A stretch of DNA of 64,000 nucleotides from the human T2T-CHM13v2.0 reference genome, Homo sapiens (GCF_009914755.1 NC_060932.1), one strand, 5' to 3'. Counted from the stretch's first letter, positions 33,292 through 55,789 are shown. Notes: generated by a model not told the origin, from the letters alone. Made by a program: numbers and translations.

Positions 33292-34721
33292 CTATATTCA
33301 ATTTATATTCCAAAGGGCCCATGCTCAGTCACAAAGAGTCTTTCTCAGTTCTTCCCTCATCTTCCTTATCCTTCTCTTGAGGTTTGGCCCTCAAGACTGA
33401 ACTGAATAGAAAGTATCTTGATGGTGCCAAGGACTCTGCTGGCCTCTTTTCTCCTGAAACTGTTTGAAGCTAATGCTTACAAGAAGCAACCTATAATTAA
33501 GCTTTTATTCCTGTTTTGGTTTACAGAGTTAGAAGATCATAGAACATTAGGGTCTGAAGGGACTTTAGCAGTAATCGAGTCCAATTTTGGTCATTTTAAA
33601 GACGTGGCTGCGTCACTGAAAGTAGATTTAAACAATGAGTCCCTAAATGCACTCTCTCCTTCCCATGAGTCCACACCACACCACACCAGGGTAGGAGGCA
33701 CTGAAATGAAAGCAATGCCGAGAAACTAGGAAGTGATGCTCCTGGCTGACACTTGCCAGGCCCTGATGATAGGAGGTCCAACTCTGGGCGCTGAGGTTCT
33801 CTGGGTTCCTGGCCTAAGCTGGGGGTGGGCAGGGAGAGACATGGGAAGGAGGGAGGCTAATAAAGAGAATGGACTCACAAGAATGCTGCCGGGCTCTCAC
33901 CCTTCAAAATTGTCAAGATCAGATGACATCTTCTGGTCCTGTCCAACTCTATTATTCTACATCAACCAGAGACCACAGGGCCAGGAAGAGGCCGTTTAGC
34001 CTGGAGCTGTGAGCCACAGGATTGTCCTGTAGGGAGGGGTGGAAAATTCTGACCCTGTCTTGAGCAGTGCAGTCAACGGCCTTCGTGGACTTATGGGACA
34101 TGAACAGACTTACTTTGGCGTTTGGTTCTCTAGCTAAGATTCCTGCTTCGGACCCTGAGGGTTCAGCCTTCCCTGCCCTTTTTCCTTCCAGGTCTCATTC
34201 CTGCTCTGTCCACACTCCCTCCGCATTCTTCTCATTTCCACAGGGAAGTTTCTTCCCAGCCGTAAAGCTTCTGTGATATTTAGATGTTTTCCACACAGCC
34301 TCTTACTCTCTGGGAAGGCATTGCATAAATCTACAATAAATAAATCTAAGTGCATATATTTTTAAAGGAAAAGGAAACAGCAAAAAATAATTAAAATGAG
34401 AAAAAGTTAGAGGAGTTAGGATGATTTGGCCCGAAGAAAAGATTTCGAAGGTACGACATGACTTACATGGAAAATATTTTTTTTTAGTAGAAAGGCTGCC
34501 TCAGGATATGTAAGTGCCATCCTTAGTGACATTCAAATGGAATCTGAATGAACGTATGACAGGTAATTGTAAGATTTTATTTGTTATTTTCCTTTTACAT
34601 TTACAATTCAATGAGTCCATGAAAAAGTTATTATTAGGAAATATATCAGCCTCTCTTTATCTAATTTGAGGACACAGCACAAGGAAACAGTCTTTCATGT
34701 AAGAAAAAAGACTGTTATTTA

Positions 34722-35719
<998 letters not shown>

Positions 35720-36867
35720 TTAACTGTATTTGGATAGGAGAAACACATTTATAATGGAATAGGTTGCAGCCCACCGAAGTGAGCTCCCACTGGAAATGTG
35801 GACTCCCCAGCAGTAGAGACTTTTAAAGTAGATCACCGCCTTGCTGGAGAGTCTGAGGCACACTACTGTCTGGAAGCGAGGGACGAGAATAGCCAAGCTT
35901 TATGAATTTATTCCCACTCTCTAACACAGAAAAGACTCTTCAACATTTTCTCCTTTCTTCCTTTCCGTATGCACTATAAATGGATTCCCCGCCCTCCCAG
36001 ATATTCTAGGTATTTTCTTCACTCATAACCAAAAATAGGTAGATATTCGTGAGCAAATCGCTTAACATATGAAACTTCTATCAAATGACAAACCTAGGAT
36101 CACTTGTTCCAATTCTGTGCCCTGAAATGTTGGACTGTTTGGCTAAGTTCCAAGAGCTATATTAGGAAAATACTTTCCCTTCAGAGACAGTTTAAAATGG
36201 AACCATGTATGAAAATAGATATGGCTCTTACATGTTTATTTGCTAACTTTGTTTTGATTCTATTGGAGGTTCAATAAAAATATGGATGGTACTTATAAAA
36301 CTTTTTGTTCCTGGTACAACCGCATATTCTTTCCATTAATGCAACATTAATATAAACAGAGGAGCTGACAAATGAAATTATCTTAACTCCTTTCCATGCT
36401 CAACTTACAGCCCCATATTTCTTGTTATCATTCCAGAGATTCTTAAGCAATTGTTCTTAGCCAGCAGAAAAAACAACAGAGGACAAATGATTATTAAGTT
36501 GATCTAGGCAGCCTCTTCCTCTTTGCCATGTGGGAGAATCTGTTCAATTCTCTGAAGTGCTTCATCAGAAATCTGAAAACCTGATTCTACTTCACTAATA
36601 ACTTGCTAAATTGGCAGTATAAACACACTAAACAAGGCAATATAGTCCCAAGAGCGTTCATTTGATTGGTAAGTCAGGTAGAAATTTAGCAGTTCCTCTC
36701 ATCTTCTATGGAGACTGAGAGTGAAATCTTTTTACTAAATTAAGAAACCATGAGCACTGGCTTGATATTATTAATACCTTCACAAAACCATGGGATGGCA
36801 GTAAAAAACACAAAAGAGAAAAGACATTTTATAAGATTTCTTTGAAAACTATTTCCTCACTCTGAGA

Positions 36868-37450
36868 ATGCTCATGGCTCTTAATTCCCCATGCACGATA
36901 AAGATCATCTTTCTTGCACTCTGTGCTTTCAAAGCTATCTTCCAGCTTTGCAGGAGAGGCCATGGGTGCAGAATGGGGTGCAGCCCCATGGTGTCCCCTG
37001 ACAGATCCAATGTGCAGTCTGATGAAGTGTGGGTGGGTGTGGTCTATGGCTGGCAGCCACCATGATCCAAGAGAGCCTGACTTGGGAGGGCAGCCAGGCA
37101 GCTAAAGGCTGCTCCCATATCATGCGGGAGCACCTGGGCCTGGCCTTCCAGACCCCGAGGGCATCCAGCCAGCTGGGTGTTCTGCTTGCTGGTCTACACG
37201 CAGCCACTGAGCATCTCGGCCATGCAGCTGGCCCTGAGACAGCAGCAGCACAAAAAGGCCTCCAGGCCAAGAGGTGAACAGGGCACACGACTAAGCACAA
37301 GGCCTGCATTTGGACCAAAGGGCACCCTGGCAAACCTAAGCCCAGAGTGAGCCCTCGAAACTGCGGGAGGGAGGTGCTAACAGCCCAGCCTCCAGCCCAC
37401 CTTTCCTCCTTCGCAGAGGTCAGGACAATCACAGCCCTTCCCTTCTCCCA
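36868..37450. pseudogene. Possible decayed processed pseudogene or unclassified GC-rich insert; parent not recognised
   Basis: GC-rich, TpG/CpA-rich, mRNA-like segment in AT-rich surroundings. One plus-strand frame runs ~160 codons with only two internal TGA. Confidence 0.3.
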
Positions 37451-37690
37451 CCCACTGTGCCTGTAAAGGGGGGCTGAGATGACCAGGCATCAGAGTCACT
37501 CATTTATTTCCTCACTGCTTCTCTCACTGCATGGAATGTTCAGGGAGGTCAGCTGATTTCCCTGGGTACACTCACGGGGTAATGGACACAATGCGTACAA
37601 ATAAAAGACCCAGAAAGCACCCCCCTCCAAAAAAGGGGAGCTTGTCAAGCTCCCTGTGCCTGCATTTTTCCTTTAGAAAACTTGGGGCTA

Positions 37691-38317
<627 letters not shown>

Positions 38318-38389
38318 TCAAGGTCAGCATAGAGCTTTCTTATAAACTGGAGGGCAACCAGATAGAAGCTGCTCTTTCATATTTTAAAT

Positions 38390-42160
<3,771 letters not shown>

Positions 42161-42627
42161 AGTAAGGGTTGAAGGCAGGGTCTGAATAAAGGGGCAGCTC
42201 AAGAGTGGCCTTCGGGGAGCTGGAGTTATTCTGTATCCTGTTTGTGTTGGTGGTCACAAAAATCTGTGCATGTGTACAAACTCACAAAACTGTACACCAG
42301 AAAAAGCAAATTTTACCATGTGCAAATAAAAAAATAACCAGGATTTGTTGTTAGAAAAATATACTTTTATATCTGTATTGGTCTTACAAAGCTGGATTCA
42401 ATTTGACTGCTTGAGTTCTTAGAAGTTCACTGCTTGCTAGTTAGTGGGGAGATAGAAAATAAAAGCTTTCTTACACCATTGGTCACTGAGGATAATTTCT
42501 TCTCAGAATACAATAAAAATATAAACTTAAAAAAATTATCATTATAATAGTTAATAGTATGATACTGTCAGGCTTTTATATCTGACCAGGAGACATTTCT
42601 TCTGGATGAGGCTTTTGAGTCTTTTCA

Positions 42628-43002
<375 letters not shown>

Positions 43003-43449
43003 CTATGACTTAAAGATGAGGTGGAAACCAAACAAATGTAAACAAAAGCAGAGATGGCAAAAATCAGGCCCGAGAGAAAGAGGTGAGTTGCCGGGCACGC
43101 TGCCTTCCAAGTCCCTAGGGACACTTAACCGCACAGCAGCTGAGGCAGAAAGTCAGTGATTCCCTCTTCCTGTGACAGCTGCCACTTTAATTTCAAGTCA
43201 GGTCTAAGGCAATCACTCTTTTAAAAACCTTTATAACAGATGAGCTCTTTTATAACTCCTAACACCTACGTTAACTACATTCATCTCTCTTACTTTTGCT
43301 TTTAGTCTTCAGAGTAAAGATAAAAACAAACAAGCAAACAAAAAAACAAGTAAACAAAAAAAAGACAAAAAAGAGGAAAACAAATGCAATTCAAGTTTTT
43401 AAGCTGAGATCCACTCTCTTCTTCCTCTTATAAAAGTCACCCTCTTTCA

Positions 43450-44204
<755 letters not shown>

Positions 44205-44405
44205 CTATACTCACTTGGTGTGCAGGAGAGCTTTGGGACTTAACTCAGTTAGAACTACTTGGCAGCCAGGACATGCTGATGTCTTGGGAATTGTCCCCCA
44301 ACAATCTCACTGGGAACAGTACTCTATTCATTGAATATGTGACTATTGAGTGAAGGTGTTTACCCACACCTCTTTCTTCTCCCCAAAGGAAATGAAGATG
44401 CACTG

Positions 44406-45003
<598 letters not shown>

Positions 45004-45023
45004 TTATCAAGGCACTTGGTTTT

Positions 45024-45311
45024 CTTTTTTTTTTTTTGAGACGGAGTTTCGCTCTGTCACCCAGGCTGGAGTGCAGTGGCGCCATCTCGGCTCACTGCAA
45101 GCTCCGCCTCCCATTCTCCTGCCTCAGCCTCCCAAGTAGCTGGGACTACAGGCGCCTGTCACCACGTGCCCGGCTAACTTTTTGTATTTTTAGTAGAGAG
45201 ACGGGGTTTCGCTGTGTTAGCCAGGATGGTCTGGATCTCCTGACCTCGTGATCCACCCACCTCAGCCTCCCAAAGTGCTGGGATTACAGGCGTGAGCCAC
45301 CACGCCCAGCC
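45024..45311 (-). mobile_element. AluY-type element
   Basis: GCAAGCTCCGCCTCC diagnostic; TSD TTGGTTTTC. Confidence 0.92.
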
Positions 45312-46193
45312 TTGGTTTTCGATTAAGTTTAAGGTCTTAGTCCTGTTGAAAGCAGATTCAATTCAGTCTGAATTTCAGCCTCAATGCCCAAAGGAAACCT
45401 AGTGACAAATGCCATTTTGCTCCAGGCCCAGGCTTAGGAGAGACTCTCTCAATGACCATCAAAAGTACTTATTCTCATGTGGCACTGTATAAAGCAGGTG
45501 GAAAGGGGGGCCTGCTTTAGTGGGAAGTCCCACTTTGTTCAAGATTTTCTTAAATCAAGTGCCACAGGCACCAAAACAGTTACCCACAATAACCTTCTGA
45601 TTCAGGCCATGAGGACATCCTGGCAGCGTCTGGCAGAAATGACTGAGGGAGCCAGTACTTTCTTAAAGTGCTCTCACATGTAGTGAACGCTGGTGAGATA
45701 CACCGTGATACTACACAGATAAGTGCCCTGGAAACACTGGCTAGGGGATTCATTCTTTCCATCATCCCTCATCACTGTCACTCAAAATATTACCTGAGAC
45801 CTACTGCACATGGTTCCACTGTTCACTGCTTTGAATTTAACATTCTGAACTCCGGGCCCTTCTGAAATTTTAATGGATAATCATAACACCAGAAGTGTTA
45901 TTTTAATTGACTTAAAAATCTGCTAAAGTCCCCAGCTTGCTGCCATTGCTCTCCAAATAATACTGAGTCTGAGATCCTGGCCAAAAATCAGATCAGATTA
46001 TAGAGTTTGTTAAGATCCAGTGTGGTAGTGAAAGCAGACACTTCCTGGATACCTCTAATACTCCAGAATTAACAGAATTAACCTTTTTCAATGACCAGTA
46101 CACATCAGTTTACGTGGGTGTCTCTCCAAAAGCCATGATCCCAAGTCTCTGCCTTAAAAATGAATCAGATTTTTCCAGTGTAAAAATAATATT

Positions 46194-46476
46194 GGCTGGG
46201 CATGGTGGCTTATCTCTGTAATCCCAGCACTTTGGGAGAGCAAGGCAGGACTGCTTTAGTTCAGGAGTTCAAGACCAGCCTGGGTAACATAGCGAGACCC
46301 TGTCTCTATAAAACATTTAAAAAATTAGCCAGGTGTCGTGGTGTGTGCCAGTAGTCCCAGCTACTTGGCAGGCTGAGTTGGGAGGATCGCTCAAGCTGGG
46401 GGAGTCAAGGTTGCTGTGAGCCCTGATGGCACCTCTCACTCCAGCCTGGATGACAGTGAGACCCTGTCTCAAAACT
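46194..46476 (+). mobile_element. AluJ element
   Basis: Diverged Alu; TSD AATAATAT. Confidence 0.88.
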
Positions 46477-47132
46477 AATAATAATATGTGCTCATAACAA
46501 ATTTGATAAATATAGAAAATGAGAAAGTAAAACAAGGAAAAATGCTACTGGCCCAGTACTGCAAAATAACCATAATTAACATATTGGTGTACTAGCTTTA
46601 TCAGTTGGACTAGGCACTACTTATATAAGCCAACTGAGAGGCCACTGCCAAATTAAATAAAATATAAAGTCAAAATAAAAATTAATTAAAATAGTTACTT
46701 TTTAAAGAGAAAGTTTTCTATTATTACATAAGTAATCTATGCTTATTGAAGAAAAAAATTAACATACAGGTAACCAAAAAGAAGGGGTGAAAATCACATA
46801 TAAGCTCACCTCCTAGAGATAGTTATTGCTCATAATAAATGCAGCATTCTTTTCTCAGGTACATACATAGGTGTGCCTTGCTTTTATAAAAATGGGGTCA
46901 TAAATACATAATGTTTTGTAACCTGCTAGTTTTTACTTGATATACATCTAACGCCATCATTTCAAATGGCTGCGTAGTGTTCTATGCTGTGGAAATACAA
47001 TAAATTATTTAATCAGTAACTTATTAGGTTGTTTCTGGGGATATTTTATTCAACTATTAGGTCCATAAATCTTGTATAGTCTAATAATAAGTAAAATTTT
47101 TTACCTTTTTCTTCAAGTTTAATTTTTTTTGA

Positions 47133-47485
<353 letters not shown>

Positions 47486-48054
47486 ACGTCTCTTATTTTT
47501 AATGACACATTTGTGAACTAGCTACAGATTGATTTTAGAAACGTGATTTTTCCAAGGAAGAAATACCAAGAAAAGAATGACTATTTAGTAATTCCTCTTT
47601 GTACAGAAATGAAAATAGCTTTTTGGCTGCCATTATTAAGAACCAAATTAAACAGACACTTGGAATGTTCCCTACTGGCTGTATATTTATTGGAAGTTCA
47701 TGGGTTTCACAGACTCTACTTATATTGAAAGGCTCATTCAGGGTTAAGATCAGCTCCCTGTGCCCTCTGGAGTGGGGAGACACGTCGATCTTATCTCTGT
47801 ACAGACACCATGTTCATTGGGCCTCATATGTTCTGAAAACAGACACAGATGTAGAAAATAACAGTGCATGCAGCTTCATGTCTGAGAGGTCAGTTTTTTG
47901 AAACATAATGAGGTTGAAAGATTGAAAGACTGAATAGTAACATCAATATCTTATGACCAGGCAAACTACAGTTTGGCTCAAATGTCCTCACCAGTCTTTT
48001 CTCACCTCAAGCAATTTTTAGTACTCTGCAAACATGTAATTAACTATGCTATAA

Positions 48055-48399
<345 letters not shown>

Positions 48400-49654
48400 T
48401 GAAATATTAGGGCCACAATTTCCTGGCTAAGGTAGGGCGGGTCTTTTTCAGACATGGCAGTGCGTTACTTGTGTGACAGTTTTTATTTTTATCTTTATTA
48501 TTATTTTTAAAAACCTAGCTCCTGCAGGAAGTATGACACTTTTTTAACAGCACTGGCAAAACATGTCCTCAGAGAGCCCTTTCTTCATTATGAGCACAAA
48601 AAGGTTTTATTGTCCTAAATGCTATACAAAGTATAACAAATAGACACTCTCAGCAGCCTGTGTTTTCAACCGGAGACACTTCTGTCAAGCGAAAGCACAA
48701 AGGAAAATATACAAAAGGGCACAGGCATAACTAAATTCAGATGCATTTCTATTACGTGCAAATAAAGGTGGGTGGAAGAGAGAGCAGAGAGATGAATAGG
48801 GGACTCCTAGGAGTAACTGTTTTGATTGGGAAAGGTGAGAATGGCCACCTTCCTGACTCTAGAGAACTCATTACAGAGGAGAAGGCAGAGCACTTACTTG
48901 TGGCCTTAGCCATTCCAATGGAATTAGAATTTATTTGTATTAAGTCCATCCTATGTGTGCCCCTGGGCTATTTGTTGTAGATACAAAAATGTTGTGATAA
49001 AATGTGTCCCTCTCCTCTATCTCTAGTGAGAGCTGACACACAGATAATACATTCCACTGTGCTTGGATTCGTTAGGGCCTTCTATGTTGCTTCCTGCTCC
49101 TAGGGTGTAGTGGGTAGGGTCCAACTTTCCTTGCAGCCCCCTCTCTTCTGAAATGGGCTGTGTGAAGACAGGGACGGACCAACCTGGCCACAGTCTGTGA
49201 TGTAAAGTGCTCATGAGCCAACAATAAGCTCCCCACCCCCCATATGGGCTACACGCTACCTCTGCCCAGATCCCCTGCAGGTGGCTGTGAGGTCACATGG
49301 GGAGGAGAGTCTGGTAACACTGATAAAATACAGTAGATCCATATGCTAACACAATATTATTCTCACATTATCTCAGGTGAGCCTCATTTGAGAGGAACAC
49401 TGTCTTAGCTCAGAAAAGTAATTGCAAAATTTTCCTGGTTAATTATTAATCTTCTCTAAGTGACAAAAGGAAATCCAGAGCAAAGTCAGGGCTGGAAGGG
49501 ACTTTGAGAGGTCATTTATCTCCTGACTTTAGAGAGTACATTGAAAACACTGCAAACAAATATAATCCCATGTTTAGATGACTTCAGGAAAAAGGGTTAC
49601 ATTTTTTGGCATCCAGATTGCCCATTTTATAATACCCTCCATCTTTGCATCTCA

Positions 49655-49840
49655 TCCAGCAGACCTCAAATGTCAACGTGCACCAGAATCACTTGGGAGA
49701 TTTTTTAAACACAGGCTGCTGGCCCTACCCCATGTTTTCTGATTCAGCAGGGCCTGGGTGGGGCCTGAGAATCTGCATTTCTCACATGTTTCCAGGCGGT
49801 GCTGACGCTGAAGAAACAGGGTCCCCACTGTCGGCACCTC
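49655..49840. mobile_element. MER5A-like remnant
   Basis: CAGAATCACTTGGGAG...TTTCTGATTCAGCAGG...GGCCTGAGAATCTGCATTTCT. Confidence 0.75.
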
Positions 49841-52800
49841 TGTTCCAGCCCAACCCTTGCTGGACCTGACCCTTTTATTCTAGATGGAAATAGATACCAG
49901 TGGGTCACCATTCTTTGCCACTGAGACACACATATACTTGAAGAACAATTCAAGAGTCTCCCGGTCATTTGTTTCCTCTTCCAGGCTAAATAATAGAAGT
50001 TCCCTACCCTCTTATCATAGGTATCATTTTCCAACCCTCAATTGGTTTTTTTTTTTTTTTTGAGGTTCTTTGTGGAGCCAAGTCTCTTTGTTGTGGAGCC
50101 ATGAACTAGACCCAGAACCTTAGAGACTGGCTGAGGTTGGGCACGGGGGGAGGGACTCACAGACTCACAGAACCACGCAGGCCGCTCATGTTATTACTCC
50201 CCAGTACCCAAGCCTTCCTATCAGCCCTTCTTCTGATTCATGTGCTTCTAACTCCTTTACAAGCTGCAATAATGCTCAGTAGACCTTCATAATGCCTTTC
50301 CTCTGAGAAGCTGAAGGCATTTCCCTAACTAATATTACAGTTGACTCAATATCCTAAACCAGTGCAGGGTTAAGTAACTTGTTGAATTGCAAACCAGTTC
50401 AGGAAGGGAGAATCTGGAACTCCAGATTTCTATCTAAATATCATTTTATGGAGAAAGATGCTTTGATATTTATTGCACTTTATAACAAGTTTACCCCCTC
50501 CACATAATAATAATAGTTTTAGGTGCAAGTGAAACTGTGAAGCTTCTCCTCTTTGTAGGAGGATTGCAACAGAGGACTGAGAGTGGGGGGCAAGGCTTCT
50601 GGGGTCAGTCTTGTCACTTGTCCCCATCACTTCCCAGCTATGGAGGAGAAAGGGAAGGCACAGCCCAGGTGGCACAGCTGTCTGTCCTAATCGTCTTTGG
50701 CAAAAGCTCAGAGGAGCTGAATGCTGAAGTATCCTCAACCCACCCCACTCATCTTGTTTCCCTTTTCTTCATTTTCACATTTTTTTTTCTGCCAGTGTAG
50801 TTACTGAATGTCAGGGGGCCCAGTTTCTGTGTCCTGCCTTGTTGTAGCATGTGGGTTGGAACTATGCTTTCCTTGTGCACCGCATGTGCTGTGGGGTGCT
50901 TAATACATGCTAAATAATGACAGCAGTACCCCGTATGCCCGAGAAATCAGCCTTCCTCCTGAGGGCCATATCCCATTATGTTACACTTGTTTTTAAGACG
51001 GACGGAAGCTGAAGGCATCCCTCCTGCTCACTGCTCCTTCCACTTTAGATGAACAGCTGGAACTCACATAACACAGCCTCTTCCGACAAGATTTCCTTTA
51101 GAGAGAGAACATTCTAGGGATGTGATCACTGAGCATCCGGGCTCCAAGCCGAAAGGCAACCTGTTACATAGCGCAGTTCCCATTTAGCCATGCAGGCAAG
51201 AGACCCATTAAAACCTCATGTGAGGGAAGAGGTCCCAGAGAAAAGGTTCCTCTCTGCGTCCCTGAGAAACCCCTCAAAGCTTCTGAGCAGAAGGCTATCC
51301 CTCTAGGCAGAAAGTAACAGTGAAATAAATCTGCAACCGGCAGCGATTCTGTCAGAGCCTCTGGGTCTGTAACTATTTTAAGACGTGGAGGAGTAGGATG
51401 AGAGCACGGGCAGCTGGACAGAGTGGCTCCAACAGGACTGCAGGGGAGACGTGCGGTCACCTGCGGCGTGGGAACAGCAGGGCAAGGGCAGGCGGGCTCG
51501 GCTCCTGGACTCCTCCTGCGGCCACAAAGCTGCCCTGTTTCTCCGCACCTGGACCCCCAGTGTGTGACTCTGCATAGAGCTCATCATGATTTGTCGCCCA
51601 AGGTCATAACCAGTCACAGCCAGCATCATTTCACCAGGCACACGGGGTAGAAGCAGCGAAGAGAATCGCAGCACCGGCAAACACGAGGAATTCCGGCACT
51701 AACACTTATATAATGAAAACCTTCTCCGCTCTCACTCACCGCTGCCACTCTCTCACAGCACGTAAATCATTAAAACGAACACTCCTCAAGTGTTTATGCG
51801 CATTTTAGCAACTCATCATAAAGCACATGCTTCCTAGTAGAAGAAAAACCTACAGAAACGTCTGTGAAATTAAACAATGGATAAATTCGAATCAGCTTTT
51901 CTCTTTTGCAGGACTAAGAACTACAATAGGTCAAGTGAATACTGGTGTGAAAACTAATACCCAACTACAGTGTACCTTTAAAAATGCTCCACTGAGATTC
52001 TGATGGTGCCTTATTAACAATTAGAAGTAAGAAGTAATAGCAATAAGTCAGAATTTTTTGGATAAAAATATATATTATGAAGGATTACCGGAGCAAAACC
52101 CCTTTTACTGCTGAAGATGACATTAGAGGCTTCTGTTATCATTATAATTCATCTGGGCAGCAAATTTCTCTTCAGCTCAATAAAAACTAAGTATGAAGTA
52201 AGTTTCTTTCTAAAAATAGCCCAAGAACTCAGTACTACTTTCCTTTCTTACACTCTTTTCCTACTAAATGGAACACTGAAGTATTTCCTTTCATTGTTGA
52301 CACTTTATGTCATTTGCATTTAAAATCAGACAATACATAATAACAAAGAAGTCTTTAACTAAATCTTTTCAAAATGGGAAAATGGCTTTCACAATACTAA
52401 CTGTGGACCTGCCTCCTTCCTTGCTCTAGAGATGACAGGCATAGATAGCTGGTGAGCACCTATCCTATCGCCTAGGAGAACTGTTTTATTAATAACAATA
52501 TTCCTAAAGCTGATACATTTACTTGCTAATTGATAAAGAAATTCCTGCCTGGTTCTCTGCTGTAAGCAAACTGTTTGGCTTGAGGTCAGTCCACATTGAA
52601 AACACACTTCTAAATAAGCAAGATGATTCAAATTTAATTTAAAATATTCAATATCAAAATCTTTTGTTTTCTTCAGTACAAATTTAAGTTGGTAATAATG
52701 TGTTAGATGAACTGCAGTTAAGGTTACAGAATCCCATGGCCTTTGGTTACTTTTGATAACTAACTCAGTCTAAAAGAGGATGCTTTAAATTATTCTCTAA

Positions 52801-53361
52801 AACCTTCTTCCTAAATTAATTTTTTAAAGTGCTTCTCTTTAGGCATATATGGGTTTATTTTTTAAGCACAAAATCCCCCTTAAAAGGATAAAAAACTGTC
52901 CATCTATACATTCAAGAAAATTACATTTGACACTCCATTATTTCTACAAAATAAACTTGTAGCACAGAGTATAACAGGAATTAACTTTCAACATTTTTTT
53001 CTCAAGAATTAGGTTACCATAGTAGAAAACAAAGCTCAATGACACAATACAATGTTTCTGTATTTACAGAAACCATATCCATTAATCAAATATTTTAACA
53101 TAAAATAATAATCTACAGATTGCTTTTGCAAAAATAAGTAAGAATCGAAAACTTTTTCTTGGGCAAATTGAATAAGGCAGATTTATTGCAGTAGGAGACA
53201 TTTAAAGAAAAACCTTTTGCCACCTCTCTTAGCTTTCTCTAACGTACCAACCTGAAAGCTTCCAGTTTTCCCAAGAGATAAACATTACTATGACGGTAAC
53301 ATTAGGAAGATTTAAGGAGAAAAGAACAAAGAGAAGTCTTAAAATTCCACCCAGTACTTAC

Positions 53362-53700
53362 AAGTAGTTTCCAAGAAAACTGAGCCACAATTCTTCAGAA
53401 GACTGCTCTCCTGATCACAAACACAATCTGAAGTCTAAAATAGATATCCTACCACATTAGGCCGAGAAGTCACATTTCAGCTTGCTAACTTCTACTTTTA
53501 CAACTCATAGAACTAACCCCGGCTAAAATTAACTGCAGCCAAGCAGCAGGCAGGAACACGCTGATTTGCATCATGTGTGCCGGGATTTATTCACTAGGAC
53601 AACATCGGTGTCCTCTTAATGGGAAATGCGGCCAAGGGGCGTGCCCTGGTGAACAATACATAGCATCATGATTATGCTAATTACTGAATTCAGTCCAATA
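53362..53700 (-). promoter_or_regulatory. Candidate alternative promoter and non-coding first exon of SLC20A2
   Basis: Donor |GTAAGT at 53361-53356. Upstream are octamer ATTTGCAT (53564-53571) overlapping a C/EBP-ATF-like TGATGCAAA on minus, a KLF/Sp-like GGGGCGTG (53636-53643) and CCAAT (~53695), all inside a long Alu-free block. TSS cannot be fixed. Confidence 0.45.
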
Positions 53701-55789
53701 ATACTAACTTCTTTTAAGTTGTTTTTGCAAGTACTGACAAAGAGAAGGAGTAAGCTTTTTCCCAACAGGCATTCACTTGATTTTTAAGCACATTCAAATC
53801 AGACCAAACTTTGGCAACAAGGTGGCAGTGCTGTGTGCTCTTCACAAGCAAAAGCAAAGCAAAAGGACATTCTGTCCGATTATTTAAACAGCGTGATTAG
53901 ATGCAGCACTACGTGAAATTAAATAGACACAGAATATACATATCAGTAAGTCTATCCACCAGAATCCTGAAATAAAAGCTTTTTCTTTCTCTATAATGAA
54001 CTGATTGCAGGGACTTGCTTTCTGGCTCTGCCTCCTCCTGCACCTCCCAAGGAGTCGCTATGAAGACACAGATTCAGTAATAAATCACAACTGAGAATAA
54101 ACATCTCAAATATTTGCAAAGGCATTGTCCTTGGCAAGAAGCATTTTAAGGTGGATTTAACTCCTTGGCTAGAAAAATTGTCCTCTGTAGGTGACTGACC
54201 ATCTACAAAGCATGTTGGAACTCAAGTTAACAGGTAAAGACCCCAAACATACAGCTGACACTTAAAAGAAAATCAGAACATGAAAAACTTTCTCTCGAAA
54301 ATATAAGTACAACTTATAACAAAGACACAAAACCGCTTAGTATCTACTCAAGACGGTTTGGGACTAGTTTGCTTTAGACTAAGTTCTGATGACATATTTT
54401 GCTCTTATTGAACACTCTATGAAAGATATCAAAGCACTTTACAAACATCAATCAAATCTCCAAGCATCTTTGGGAGATGTCATTTTCCTCTTTTTTTTTT
54501 TTTCCCACAGACAGGTAAAAGACAGGGTAATTCCATTTCAACGACTTCAACCAACCCTGGATCACCCCATCTCCTCCTGAGACCTTTATAACATCTTCCG
54601 TATTAACCACTTACCTATAATCCTATAGACCTTTTCAGAGCCATTTGTTTTCCTCATTTTAAAATGTCATATGTTAGTTTGGACTTCAGGAGATTCACTC
54701 TACTTAACACCCAGATGCCAGGCCTGAACCCCAGGGGCTTAAAAAGCCCTCCTTGACTCTCTCTTGCAGACAGGTATCCTGCAACATGGATCCCTAAAAC
54801 ATGGCGATGCCCTCAGGAGGCACTGTCCATCTGCAGCCTGCTGCCCAAAGCACAAACCGGTTGATCTTCATTGGTGTGAGTTGGACATCACCAGCACAAT
54901 CTCCCTCCTGTTGTTTACAAACACTGCTGGCTGCTGATCTGAGATTGCATCCCCTCGGCCTAACCTGAGGCTCTGTGCCAGCACCTGCCCCACCTCTGCA
55001 AGAGGGTGGCTGGTATGCATTCCCCTTCACTCCAACCCAGAGTCATGGGAGGCAGGCATTTCCTGCTCTGTGCTGAAAGGAGAGAAGTCAGCACTCATCA
55101 AAGATGGCTAGCTGCTAATGAACAGAATTATTCTCAATAATCCACTGCAAACTCACTCCAGAAGTCTTAATGCCAAAAAGGACCTTGTAAGGCTATTTTT
55201 GACACGATATTCTCATCCTATTATGTCATAGTTCAGGACAAAAGTCTCTAAGCCAAAATATTATTTCTGCCCTAAACCAGAAAGTAAGAAAAAGCAAATA
55301 CACCAAGTGCATTTCTGCATCAGAGTTTGTATTGGAAAGGAGCAATCTGATGTATGATGGATCCTACATCCATTCATTGGAAGGCAGGGGCCCCTGAGCA
55401 ATGCTCCGGTTCCTCACATGTCAGATATGCCTAGTATGACTCTGCTGTTTCAACAGCAGCCACACCTGTTCCACAGTGGAAGAACCAAAGCATTCCAAAT
55501 AAAAGAGTCTCCTCCAATTTACATTAGTCATTCTGCTGCTTCCTTTTCATTAGTGAAACTACTTGAGTCAACAGTGCTTTTGTTCTAGGTATACTTATGA
55601 CAGTAGATAAAAATCTGTATCAGAGTACCTTGAAAAGCAGAGTAAATTCTTCCCATTTGTTCTCATTAATTTTTGGTGGTAGAGGAGGGACAGGGAAGGC
55701 GGTGACCTATGGGATCTTTAGTTCAACGAATCCATGAAATTAAAGAAAATTACTATGTTTATGAATGTCCACTAATGAATGAACCCAGA

